The translations under genes were made by a program, and so were the position numbers. From the IMG/VR virus record IMGVR_UViG_3300032074_000007, positions 1 to 43,877 of that record: DNA of 43,877 nt; one strand, 5' to 3'. Below are positions 17,159 through 25,586 of the stretch, piece after piece; positions within the stretch are counted from its first letter, which is position 1; each line of letters begins with the position of its first letter. The notes below the pieces were generated by a model that had not been told where the DNA came from, made no database searches, and saw nothing but the letters and a program-made list of their open reading frames with translations. Origin of the DNA: a virus (Duplodnaviria > Caudoviricetes).

Positions 17159-18751
17159 TCACTGATTGATCATTCTCAGTTGTCCGTAAGAACGGCCACG
17201 GCCCCTCTTGTAACTGCGAATCCGGTCTGCTCCCACCCCGAGTCCGATAGCGCCTGCACCCAGAAGCGCAGCCTTTCCAGCGTGCCCGTTAGCGGTCTTG
17301 CGGCTAGAAAGGGCTCGTTCCAGAAGCCCTGCCTTCGTACCGTTGTGCTCGGCGTGGCTGAAGTTGTTGCGAGCAGAGTTCTCCCATTCGCTCTTAAGCC
17401 CGGTAGGCGGCGGAACGTGGGGCGTCTCGGTCTTGTAGTTGCTGGCAGTCTTCTCGGCGGCACGAGCCTTACGAGCGTGCATGGCAGCGAATCGAACATG
17501 GGTTGCAGAACCTGCACCCAGAGCACCAGCTCCCGCCACTGCACCATTCTGGTAAGCGGACATTCGACGCTGACGACTGCGCTCCGGGTCATAAGCCTTG
17601 AAGACCAGGTCATCAGCAGACTTCTTCATCCGCTGGCGACGAAGCTGGGAAACAGCGTGGTCGTGCCGCTTCTCGTTAAGGCGACCTGCGACCATCGTGG
17701 CTCCACCACCGACCATCGCAGCACCACCAGCCAGGGCCATAGTCCCAGCAGGGTTTGCCTTCAGACCGCTGGCGAGAGCACGACGTGCGAGCTTGCGTCC
17801 TGGCTTAGACATCCTTTGAGGTCCGACGTGATACTGAGCAGCGTGTCTGGCCAGGTTGGAAGCGTTGTGAATCTCAGTGCCCCAGTCCGAGCCTCGGGCA
17901 CCTGCCAGAACAGCAGAACCAGTAATGGCAGCACCACCGACTCCTGTAGTGCTCTTGCCACGGTTGTAGGTGCGGCGGGAGTCACGGGCACGACGCTGGT
18001 GCTCTGAGATGTTGAATCCCTCGTCGTAGCTCTTACCGAACTTCTGACGCTTGGGCTGACCCATTGCCATCGCACCCGCACCAGCAGCCAGACCCAGACC
18101 ACCAGCAGCGCCCATCTTCTGGTTGGGGCTAAGGCGAGAGAGCATCCCGCCCTGCTGACGGTGACGACCCGGCATAGCACCAGGTATCGTCTTGCCGGTG
18201 GGAGCCCCAGGACCGGCCTGACGGTAGGTAGAAGTGGCAGCACCGAAGGTCTTGGGAGCCTGAGCGCCTTGAGGACCCATCGGCTTGGGCATAGCCATCG
18301 GCTTGACGTTGAGAGCGGGCTTTACGCCCATCGCAGCCATGGGAGCCTTCAGTCCAGGGACCTTAGGCATGGGCATTGCCTTGGACACCTCAGTGGTGCC
18401 AGAGAGACCGAAGTCGAGCATCTGAAATCCCTTTACGATGGGCTTTGGCTGTCTCTTGCGAGCCTCAGCCTTGGTGTAACTGGCGAAGTTGAATGCACCG
18501 ACACCGCCGATGCCACCAGCAGCGACAGTGGCACCTGTAGAAGCATCCTTGAGCTTTTCTGAAGCTGCAGCGTTATGAGTGATCGGGGTTAGTCGCTGGA
18601 TGGTGCGTCCGATCTTTCCTGCCCCCCGCGCAGCACCAGCACCTCGCATGCCCAGCGCAGTGAGACCTAGGGTGCCAGTCGTGAGACTGATGTTTCCCTG
18701 GATCTTCTTACGCCGAGCGATCTGCGCGTCGGACAGGATTGGACGGGTCAT
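17159..18751 (-). CDS. Basic glycine-zipper polyprotein-like protein (530 aa, about four modules)
   Basis: ATGA-coupled; Arg/Lys-rich modules with GxxxG helices separated by IVK|GFQMLDFGLSGTTEVSK|, FGK|SYDE and MKK|SADDLVFK|AY. Confidence 0.8.
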   Translation of the reverse strand: MTRPILSDAQIARRKKIQGNISLTTGTLGLTALGMRGAGAARGAGKIGRTIQRLTPITHNAAASEKLKDASTGATVAAGGIGGVGAFNFASYTKAEARKRQPKPIVKGFQMLDFGLSGTTEVSKAMPMPKVPGLKAPMAAMGVKPALNVKPMAMPKPMGPQGAQAPKTFGAATSTYRQAGPGAPTGKTIPGAMPGRHRQQGGMLSRLSPNQKMGAAGGLGLAAGAGAMAMGQPKRQKFGKSYDEGFNISEHQRRARDSRRTYNRGKSTTGVGGAAITGSAVLAGARGSDWGTEIHNASNLARHAAQYHVGPQRMSKPGRKLARRALASGLKANPAGTMALAGGAAMVGGGATMVAGRLNEKRHDHAVSQLRRQRMKKSADDLVFKAYDPERSRQRRMSAYQNGAVAGAGALGAGSATHVRFAAMHARKARAAEKTASNYKTETPHVPPPTGLKSEWENSARNNFSHAEHNGTKAGLLERALSSRKTANGHAGKAALLGAGAIGLGVGADRIRSYKRGRGRSYGQLRMINQ

Positions 18752-19203
18752 TGGCTCTTCCTGCGTCCGAAAGCAGTGATCTGGCCCTTAGGGACACCAG
18801 TCTGAAGGTCGCCATTCTTGATGCCAGCCTTAATAGCGCCACGGCGAGCCCTGTTGTTGATGCTGCTCATTCCTGTGGCCTGACCCACGTATGAACCGAG
18901 TCCAGCCCCAGCGACAGCGCCTTGCCTAACGCTGCCCAGGGAGCGACCCGCTGCGGCCCCCAGAGCGCCACCGACAGCAGTGCCAGTACCCATGTGGGTT
19001 GCCAGTGTGCCCCAGTTCTTAGCTCGGTGACCCTTAGACCTCGGGGAGACTAGACCTGATCGGCGCATCATCTCCCGGCGAGTGTTAACCCGCCCAGCCT
19101 TGTCGGTATACGCGATTCCCTGAGCCTTAAAGCTCCGGTCGGTCGGGTCCTTCTTGGAGATCTCGACACCATGATCGACACCCCAGACTGAAATGCTGCT
19201 CAT
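18748..19203 (-). CDS. WGVDHG-leader basic glycine-zipper protein 2 (151 aa)
   Basis: MSSISVWGVDHGVEISK leader; glycine zipper GTAVGGALGAAAG...GAVAGAGLGSYVG; coupled to the protease gene. Confidence 0.8.
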   Translation of the reverse strand: MSSISVWGVDHGVEISKKDPTDRSFKAQGIAYTDKAGRVNTRREMMRRSGLVSPRSKGHRAKNWGTLATHMGTGTAVGGALGAAAGRSLGSVRQGAVAGAGLGSYVGQATGMSSINNRARRGAIKAGIKNGDLQTGVPKGQITAFGRRKSQ

Positions 19204-20051
19204 AGATCTATGTCCTTTCGGATGCCAGAACCGTGGATCGAGAACTCCTTGCGCTCGCCACGCTTAACCTGCTGCCAGGTGTCCTCATCGTTCACCTGAA
19301 ACCCGACCCACCATCCGGTTGGGGTGTCCTCGGGAAGTCCCATCTGCTGCTTCTTCTCGGGGGTGACCAGGAAGGACTCGATCATGTCCGAGACATGAAC
19401 GCCCTTCTGGTGCTGGTTGCCACCCACCCGCGACTTACGCACGTAGTTGTAAGCGGCCTTTTCGATCTCATCGACGGAGAGATAGTCACCCTGCAGGTCC
19501 ACCACAGGCTCACCATTGACCTCCACGATGGAAGCCCAGCCGAAGACCTGTCGCTTGTCGTCGTCCATCTTGGAGATCTCGCCACGCCACTGGATGTCAG
19601 GAGTGTCGCTCTTGGAGATCTTCTCTTCCATAGCGGCACGGCGAAGACGCTTAACGACCGTGGGGTTCTTCTTCTGCTTGGTGTCGCTGTGCAGGATCTT
19701 GGTGGCCATCACTTCACCACCGAGACCAGCGACCTCCAGCGGGACCAGCGCAGTACCGAAGGGCTCGTGCTTGGCACCGGTCTTAACGGCTTCCCCCACC
19801 TTGCGGAACTTGCCGACCTTCTTGGAAGCCTTGTAGGCAGGAACAGCTGCCTCACCGAACTTCTTACCGGCATATGCCAGACCAGCAGCGCCAGCAGTAG
19901 CACCGACAGCACTAAGCGCAGCAGTGCCCACACGCTTCTGCCGATCAGTGAGAGCCTTGGAAATCTCCCAGGCTCCATCCCCGTACAGAAGCTCCGCGAC
20001 GGACAGCACCTCGTCACGGTTCTTCTGCACGAGCTTAAGAGTGGGGTTCAT
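19200..20051 (-). CDS. Prohead protease (XkdF / S78-like serine protease) with long N-terminal pro-region
   Basis: C-terminal domain 'RQVFGWASI...VDLQGD...IEKAAYNY...NQH...IESF...GWWVG...W..VK.GE..EFSIHG'; three ISK sites precede it. Confidence 0.85.
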   Translation of the reverse strand: MNPTLKLVQKNRDEVLSVAELLYGDGAWEISKALTDRQKRVGTAALSAVGATAGAAGLAYAGKKFGEAAVPAYKASKKVGKFRKVGEAVKTGAKHEPFGTALVPLEVAGLGGEVMATKILHSDTKQKKNPTVVKRLRRAAMEEKISKSDTPDIQWRGEISKMDDDKRQVFGWASIVEVNGEPVVDLQGDYLSVDEIEKAAYNYVRKSRVGGNQHQKGVHVSDMIESFLVTPEKKQQMGLPEDTPTGWWVGFQVNDEDTWQQVKRGERKEFSIHGSGIRKDIDL

Positions 20052-20073
20052 GGTTCCATGTTCCTGTTCTCCG

Positions 20074-22257
20074 CTAGTCCTGCGGCTTCATGTAGACGAT
20101 GGTCACTGGAAGGTGGCTGGCCTGTTCCAGTTCCAGATCTGGAGCGTCGTAGTCGGGAACCCAGTTACCGGGGTTCTTCCAGCCTTCGATGGTTTCCTCT
20201 GTCTCCATCGGTCGAACCGCATTTGTGACCACTATGGTGGGAACCATTTCGTCTGTTTTCGCTTCGAGCGCCAGTTTCTTAATCAGGTATTGAGTGGTAA
20301 AGGGACGCTGAATGGTGTGGCCCTCAGCGTCTGTACCTTCCAGCAGCCAGAGTTCGTTTGATCCACGCCCAGAAACGCTGTAGGCAGCGTTCAGCATGAG
20401 GTCATGGAGCATTTCGTTGTCATCCGCATCGAACCTGATGCCATCAGTAACGAATGTCTTCCTGCTCCTGTCGTGCTCCCACTCTTCGAGCTCATCAGTG
20501 ATGGCGTCATCCCAGGCAGCCTGGATCTTGTCCTGAAGAACCTGGTGACCGCCGAGAGCGCGTTCACCGACCCGGAATCCGTTGTCATCCCGCTCATCGA
20601 GGATGACTCCGTTGCCGACCAGACCTTCCGCAGCGGGCTTGATGAAGAGAATTGGGTACTCGGCAGGCTGCCATCCGAACGGCAGGTACCTATCGCCCTT
20701 GTCCGTCTTGTGGTATTCCAGAAGCCTGCTGACTGCCTCATCGATCTGGCGTCCGACCACGGTGTCACTGAGTTGGATGCGACCCACTTCACGGGCAGTA
20801 CCGCCGATCTCACGACGCTTGGTACCGAGTTCGCGCCCAGTGGTCCTCAGCTCAGCACCAGCGCCGATCTCCCTAGGCTGACCGATCTCAGCCCTACGGC
20901 CTACCTCACGACCCTGGCCGATGGACCTTCCCTGACCGATGGTCCTGGCTTGACCGATCTGGCGCTGTCCCAGTTCCCTGCCTACGGTCTCCCGTAGCGG
21001 GCTGGCCTCTGCCTCACGCTCAGCACCCTTCTCTTCCTCAGCCGCCCGCATGACCTCTCGCAGGTCGCCCTTCTTCTGCCGCATCACCTGAGACAGATCA
21101 CTGCGGTGCGGAGGAACTTCCTGACCAGCCTCCTGCACCCTCTGCTCTTCCTCATGCGGAGGCGCAGCAGCGGTGGCGTATAGCGGAACCTCTGCCTTGC
21201 CATGGGCAGGATGACGGGTCTCCCGACGAGCGAAGTGACCATGGGTATCACGGTTGTATGGATCACCCGGCTGGTTCTTGGAGACCGTGATCTTGCGAAG
21301 CCTCTTAGCGAGCTGAAGGCGAGGAGCACTCGTGTACTCCAGGATCACGTCGCAGCGGCAGTTGACGTGCAGAGGTGGTGTCCAGGCTTTGCCGAGGGTT
21401 GTGTCGAAGGTTTCCCCGACCTCCACCCGCTTACGGTGCAGCGGGCCACAGTGCTTGCAGACCTTCTCGTCCTTGGCAGTTACCCAGACCCGTCGAGCAT
21501 CCGGAGGGATAATCCCCTTCTGCACGCCATAGGCCCAGACGACCTGCTTGGCTTGCGACTTGGTGCTCCAGGCTTCTGCCTCAGCCACCTGCCCAGCCCG
21601 GTTACGAAGCTGAGCGTCGATGAAGGTCTTTGCCCGGACATCACGAACCGAGTCCTGCAGTACCGAGGTGAACCGCTTTGGGTCTTCAGAGTTCCAGATG
21701 GAGACCAGCGCATTCATCGCACGCGGAGGAACACCGAAAGCCTCAGCCACCATGCGAGCAGCCCGAGCAGGAGGAACCTTGCGGTTCACCTGCGCCTGGA
21801 AGCCCATAAGCATGGCCTCGGTAGAGACCTCGTTGTAGTGCTCCCCCAGTTGACGCGCATATCCCTCAGCGATCTCGTACAGATCCTTTTCGGGGATCTG
21901 ACCCGCCTTGGCTTCCTTCACACCGATCCGGTAGCCAGCCAGCAGCGGAGGTAGAGCCATGCCCACCCACTTCAGCATCAGGGACTGCGCAGTGGTGTTT
22001 GCGATCATCTCCAGGGTAGAGACCCGAGGCTCAGATCCAGCCTTCTCCTTGATGACCCGAGACATGATTGCTCGATGCAGAAGGAAGGCAGCACCTAGCG
22101 CCAGTCCGACCTTCTCCAGAGTGGAGAAGTCTCGCTGGTTAGACAGGCGGGTGTACTCCTGCTGCTCCGGTGGGGTGAGAACCAGCGGGTCCTTAAGGGC
22201 CAGCGGGTCCTGTAGCTCATACGGATTAGTGAGTTCACTCGAAGTCGAAGTCGTCAT
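20074..22257 (-). CDS. MuF (Mu gpF / SPP1 gp7-like) minor head protein with C-terminal extension
   Basis: WVTAKDEKVCKHCGPLH...PPLHVNCRC MuF signature, then VSK, RDTHGHF and hexapeptide repeats. Confidence 0.85.
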   Translation of the reverse strand: MTTSTSSELTNPYELQDPLALKDPLVLTPPEQQEYTRLSNQRDFSTLEKVGLALGAAFLLHRAIMSRVIKEKAGSEPRVSTLEMIANTTAQSLMLKWVGMALPPLLAGYRIGVKEAKAGQIPEKDLYEIAEGYARQLGEHYNEVSTEAMLMGFQAQVNRKVPPARAARMVAEAFGVPPRAMNALVSIWNSEDPKRFTSVLQDSVRDVRAKTFIDAQLRNRAGQVAEAEAWSTKSQAKQVVWAYGVQKGIIPPDARRVWVTAKDEKVCKHCGPLHRKRVEVGETFDTTLGKAWTPPLHVNCRCDVILEYTSAPRLQLAKRLRKITVSKNQPGDPYNRDTHGHFARRETRHPAHGKAEVPLYATAAAPPHEEEQRVQEAGQEVPPHRSDLSQVMRQKKGDLREVMRAAEEEKGAEREAEASPLRETVGRELGQRQIGQARTIGQGRSIGQGREVGRRAEIGQPREIGAGAELRTTGRELGTKRREIGGTAREVGRIQLSDTVVGRQIDEAVSRLLEYHKTDKGDRYLPFGWQPAEYPILFIKPAAEGLVGNGVILDERDDNGFRVGERALGGHQVLQDKIQAAWDDAITDELEEWEHDRSRKTFVTDGIRFDADDNEMLHDLMLNAAYSVSGRGSNELWLLEGTDAEGHTIQRPFTTQYLIKKLALEAKTDEMVPTIVVTNAVRPMETEETIEGWKNPGNWVPDYDAPDLELEQASHLPVTIVYMKPQD
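20779..20994 (-). repeat. Coding tandem repeats R-x-(I/V/L)-G-x-x in the MuF extension
   Basis: RELGQ RQIGQA RTIGQG RSIGQG REVGRR AEIGQP REIGAG ... RELGTK REIGGT REVGR. Confidence 0.75.
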
Positions 22258-25216
22258 GCACCAGCCCCAGCTTCTTCATTCGCTCGATGATCACCTTGGT
22301 GCCCTCGTCGTCCATCTCACGCAGGTTGGCCAGGGCGTCGTAGATCTCATCTTGACTGCCCTTCATGATTCCAGTCCGGAGCTGGTGAAGGTTGTCTTGC
22401 GTCTCCTTGTCGCGGGATCGCTTTTCCCAGTCGACCATGTCAGCGATCAGTTGAGTGCGCTCCTGGTCAGCCTTGGGCATGTGTGCGTACTGCGAAGCGC
22501 CAGAAGGAGTGGAGGAACTGGTAGAGGTGACCTGAGGCTCCGCAGCAGCAGCAGGAGCAGGAGCAGGCTTCTCGACAGCATCTCCACCGGAGGCCAGGAC
22601 TCGACGCAGTCGCTCGATTCGCTCAGCACCGATAGACCACCGATCCTTAGCCTCAGCGGGGTTGTCCTTCATCAGGCGAACCGTGCGAGAGGTCTGCGAA
22701 TCAGTCCAGGTCGGGTTGAGGTTGGTGAGTCGCTCGACCAGCGTCTCCTCATCCGCGTTCGAGTCAGCCAGCTTCCACATCTCACCGAATCGGTTACCGA
22801 GATCACGCAGCTTGTCATCGTCCTTGGGGACCTTGATCCCAGGATTCTGCTGCTCGATCTCCTTGGTGAGCTGACCCCATGTGCGCTGGTAGACCCCAGC
22901 ATCCGAGCCCAGAATGTAGGCAGGGCCGACGAACTGGTAGGTGCTAGCGGGAGAAGGCTCGCCCTTGTACTCCTTGCGGTTCCACACGACGTTGCCCTCA
23001 GGAAGCTTCAGATGGGCGATGGTCTTCAGCTTGGAACGAATCTGGCTCGCACGGCTCTGGAAGCTCTTGGTCTCTGCCTCGTTCTGACCAGCGCTCTCCA
23101 GCTCGTCGGCGTAGGACTTCATCTCATCCATCAGCTTGGAGGACTGGATGTGGTCCTTGACGATCTGGTCCAGCTTCTCATCGCTGGACTGAGCCGCGTT
23201 CAGGGTCGGGAACAGCTCCTTGTTCGCCTTGGCGACCTTGGTGATCTTGACGGCTTCCTTGATCTGGTTCTGGACCTGAACCGAGCGACGGCCCCTCTCG
23301 GCAGCAGCACGAAGGTTGGCAGGCTTCTTGACTGCGCCTTCCTCGGTGGTCCCCTCACCCTCAGGAGTAGCGGTGGCTGCAGCCTGCTGGACCGGAGTCA
23401 GCTTGTGACCGCGCTGGCTCCAGTTCTGGTAGTTGGTCTGCTCGGCAGAGTGCTTCTTCGCACCGATCTTCTCGCCGTACCAGCCAGCCTGAGCAGCCGT
23501 AGGACGGTTGTACCTGGGCTTGACGTATCCAGAGTCCGTCTCGGGAGACAGACCCATGTCACGCGCACGCGGGTCCTTGTTGTGGATGTACTGGACGTTC
23601 TGGATGTAGTACGGGTACTGCTCGCGCAGAGCGTCCAGAGCCACTGCGTAGCCCTCGCCATCGAGCTGAAACTTGGTGGCTTCCTTGTCCCGGAGAGCGT
23701 CCTCGATCATCTGGCCCTTGTAAGCCAGGAAGCGCTTCTTGGGGTCATCAGAGATACGAGTCCACTCACGCTCAGAGAACTGACCACGCGGACCACGGCC
23801 ACCCTCAGCAGCGGCAGCAGCGGCCTTGCTGTTGATGTCATCCAGTTCAGAGCGCGAGAGCGTAGGACGGGTCTGAGCCTCAGTAGTCCGACGCTTGATC
23901 TCGTCTTCGATCTCAGACGGGGTGAAGCCATCGAACTCCTGCTCCACCTCATCACGAATGCGGAGGCGGTCCTCCATGCTCATCGGAGCACGAGTCACCT
24001 GCTTGGACTGAACCGCGTCGAGAGTGTGAGCGTACCGACTGACCATGCCTGCGGCCTTGTCGTTGAAGCGACGGCCACCACGGAAGTCATCCTCGAAGTC
24101 CATCGTGAAGACACCCGAGCGAGAGACCACCGTGACACTACGAGCACCTGACACCAGACCGGTGTAGATGTCCTCAGAGGTCAGACCGCCCGAAGAGCGC
24201 GTGCGCACGTAAGCGCCACCCTGCAGCCCCCTGAGGTTCTTGAGGTTGAAGGGCAGGTAGTGGTCATCCATGTAGCCGACAGCCTGCGTGATGATCTTGC
24301 CGTCACCATTGATGATGACGCCCTCAGACGGCGGGATCTTGCCCGACTTGGCCTGCAGCTCAGCGAGCGACTTCTGGGGGATTCGCTTGGACAGGTAGTT
24401 GACCGCAGCCTGGTGTGCAGCCGTGTTCATCATCGGAGTGGTGAACTGCGCGTTAGAGGTCAGACCCTCCCTGCGACCGATGTTGGCCACCTGGTCACGC
24501 TGAATCCTGGCCAGCTCGTTGTCAGGAACGCGCTCAGTGCCCCGGTAGCGGTAAGCGGTACGGCGCATGTGCGGGCCGATGATGGCCTCAGCCTGAGGAC
24601 CGTACTGACCCAGGAACTGACCTACGTCACCAGCGACACGAAGCTTGGCGTTCCCAGTGGCGTTACCGACCTGAGACAGGGCATGGCTGCCTGCCTCGAT
24701 GCGGCTGTAGACACCAGCGGTGGTGGAGTCCTCCTGGCCTCGCTCGTGCCACTTGTCCGAGAACCGGTTGCTCTCCTGCCCGGTGCGTGCCAGCGCGTTG
24801 GTGACATCGAAGTTCCCGACCGACACGTTCTGCTTGGCTCGCTTGTCAGCCTTGCTGGGCTTGTTCTTCTCCCGAGACGCAGAGAAGTTCACCGTCCAGC
24901 GACCATTGTTCCCACGCGGCTGGGGCTTGTGGTACAGCTCCTCGAAGTTGGTCCCCGACTTGCTCACCACTCCCACTAGAGCAGCAGCAGCCACAGCCTC
25001 AGGCTGACCCTCACGAGACTGCAGGGACTTGCTGACCTCTTCCCGGATCTCTCCGAGGATCTCTCCTACAGCCTTACTGACAGTACGACGGTTGTTCTCC
25101 AGGTCCTCCATGAGAACACCGTGGACGACCATCTTCTGGAACATAGCGGCGGTATCGTCGTCCATCTTGGCGACGATGTCGAAGTACTTTGCCGCGAAAT
25201 CACGGTTGAAACTCAT
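22235..25216 (-). CDS. Large putative internal virion protein (993 aa) with pro-segment and degenerate JAB/MPN-like domain
   Basis: AGGAGG RBS; VSK at K48, K63 and K86, then PRGNNGRW; 'EGVIINGDGK...AYVRTRSSGGLTSED' segment. Confidence 0.65.
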   Translation of the reverse strand: MSFNRDFAAKYFDIVAKMDDDTAAMFQKMVVHGVLMEDLENNRRTVSKAVGEILGEIREEVSKSLQSREGQPEAVAAAALVGVVSKSGTNFEELYHKPQPRGNNGRWTVNFSASREKNKPSKADKRAKQNVSVGNFDVTNALARTGQESNRFSDKWHERGQEDSTTAGVYSRIEAGSHALSQVGNATGNAKLRVAGDVGQFLGQYGPQAEAIIGPHMRRTAYRYRGTERVPDNELARIQRDQVANIGRREGLTSNAQFTTPMMNTAAHQAAVNYLSKRIPQKSLAELQAKSGKIPPSEGVIINGDGKIITQAVGYMDDHYLPFNLKNLRGLQGGAYVRTRSSGGLTSEDIYTGLVSGARSVTVVSRSGVFTMDFEDDFRGGRRFNDKAAGMVSRYAHTLDAVQSKQVTRAPMSMEDRLRIRDEVEQEFDGFTPSEIEDEIKRRTTEAQTRPTLSRSELDDINSKAAAAAAEGGRGPRGQFSEREWTRISDDPKKRFLAYKGQMIEDALRDKEATKFQLDGEGYAVALDALREQYPYYIQNVQYIHNKDPRARDMGLSPETDSGYVKPRYNRPTAAQAGWYGEKIGAKKHSAEQTNYQNWSQRGHKLTPVQQAAATATPEGEGTTEEGAVKKPANLRAAAERGRRSVQVQNQIKEAVKITKVAKANKELFPTLNAAQSSDEKLDQIVKDHIQSSKLMDEMKSYADELESAGQNEAETKSFQSRASQIRSKLKTIAHLKLPEGNVVWNRKEYKGEPSPASTYQFVGPAYILGSDAGVYQRTWGQLTKEIEQQNPGIKVPKDDDKLRDLGNRFGEMWKLADSNADEETLVERLTNLNPTWTDSQTSRTVRLMKDNPAEAKDRWSIGAERIERLRRVLASGGDAVEKPAPAPAAAAEPQVTSTSSSTPSGASQYAHMPKADQERTQLIADMVDWEKRSRDKETQDNLHQLRTGIMKGSQDEIYDALANLREMDDEGTKVIIERMKKLGLVHDDFDFE

Positions 25217-25255
25217 GAATGCCTCCTAGGGAACATCATCGCGGCAGACGCTAGA

Positions 25256-25579
25256 TCACCAGTGGCCGAGGTTCACCACAGTGTTCCAGACAGAGTTCAC
25301 CACGTACTCGAAGTCAGAGTCGGGGGAAGAAGAGATCCCGGTGTCATCGAGGCTGGATTCGATAGTCCCGTTGACCACACACTCCCACATGAACAGGTTG
25401 ATGATGTCATCACGGTAGGGGTCAGCGATGATCGCCTGCGCGAGATTACGCCGCTGCTGGTAACTCGGAGTGCTGCTTGCCTCGTTGAGGACGAACTCTG
25501 CCGTCTTCCGAACGCAGGCGATTACTCGGCCCTTGAACGCCTCGTTCTGAGAAGCCTGGTACTGCTGGTGGTAGGACAT
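25256..25579 (-). CDS. Small protein following the fibre gene (fibre-associated / chaperone-like)
   Basis: 107 aa with GAGGA RBS; 'Y..Q.....AF..RV.AC...D.D....V..VW' pattern. Confidence 0.6.
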   Translation of the reverse strand: MSYHQQYQASQNEAFKGRVIACVRKTAEFVLNEASSTPSYQQRRNLAQAIIADPYRDDIINLFMWECVVNGTIESSLDDTGISSSPDSDFEYVVNSVWNTVVNLGHW

Positions 25580-25586
25580 TTCTTCC

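Noticed and set aside
17131-17160. Possible late-promoter motif TCTGCA-n3-T on the minus strand (also at about 40203-40212) and a small hairpin at 17143-17160
   Set aside because: Only two short matches and a weak stem; not distinguishable from chance without more intergenic sequence.
14262-19203. Interpretation of the glycine-zipper genes as classical secreted bacteriocins
   Set aside because: There is no double-glycine leader, Sec/Tat signal, ABC exporter or immunity gene nearby; the context is the phage head module.
21959-24151. Long plus-strand ORFs (730 aa here; also 4976..6298, 8045..9457, 14953..16353, 19233..20228, 32685..33755)
   Set aside because: They are antisense shadows of well-supported minus-strand genes, expected from GC-rich codon bias, and show no recognisable motifs or RBS.
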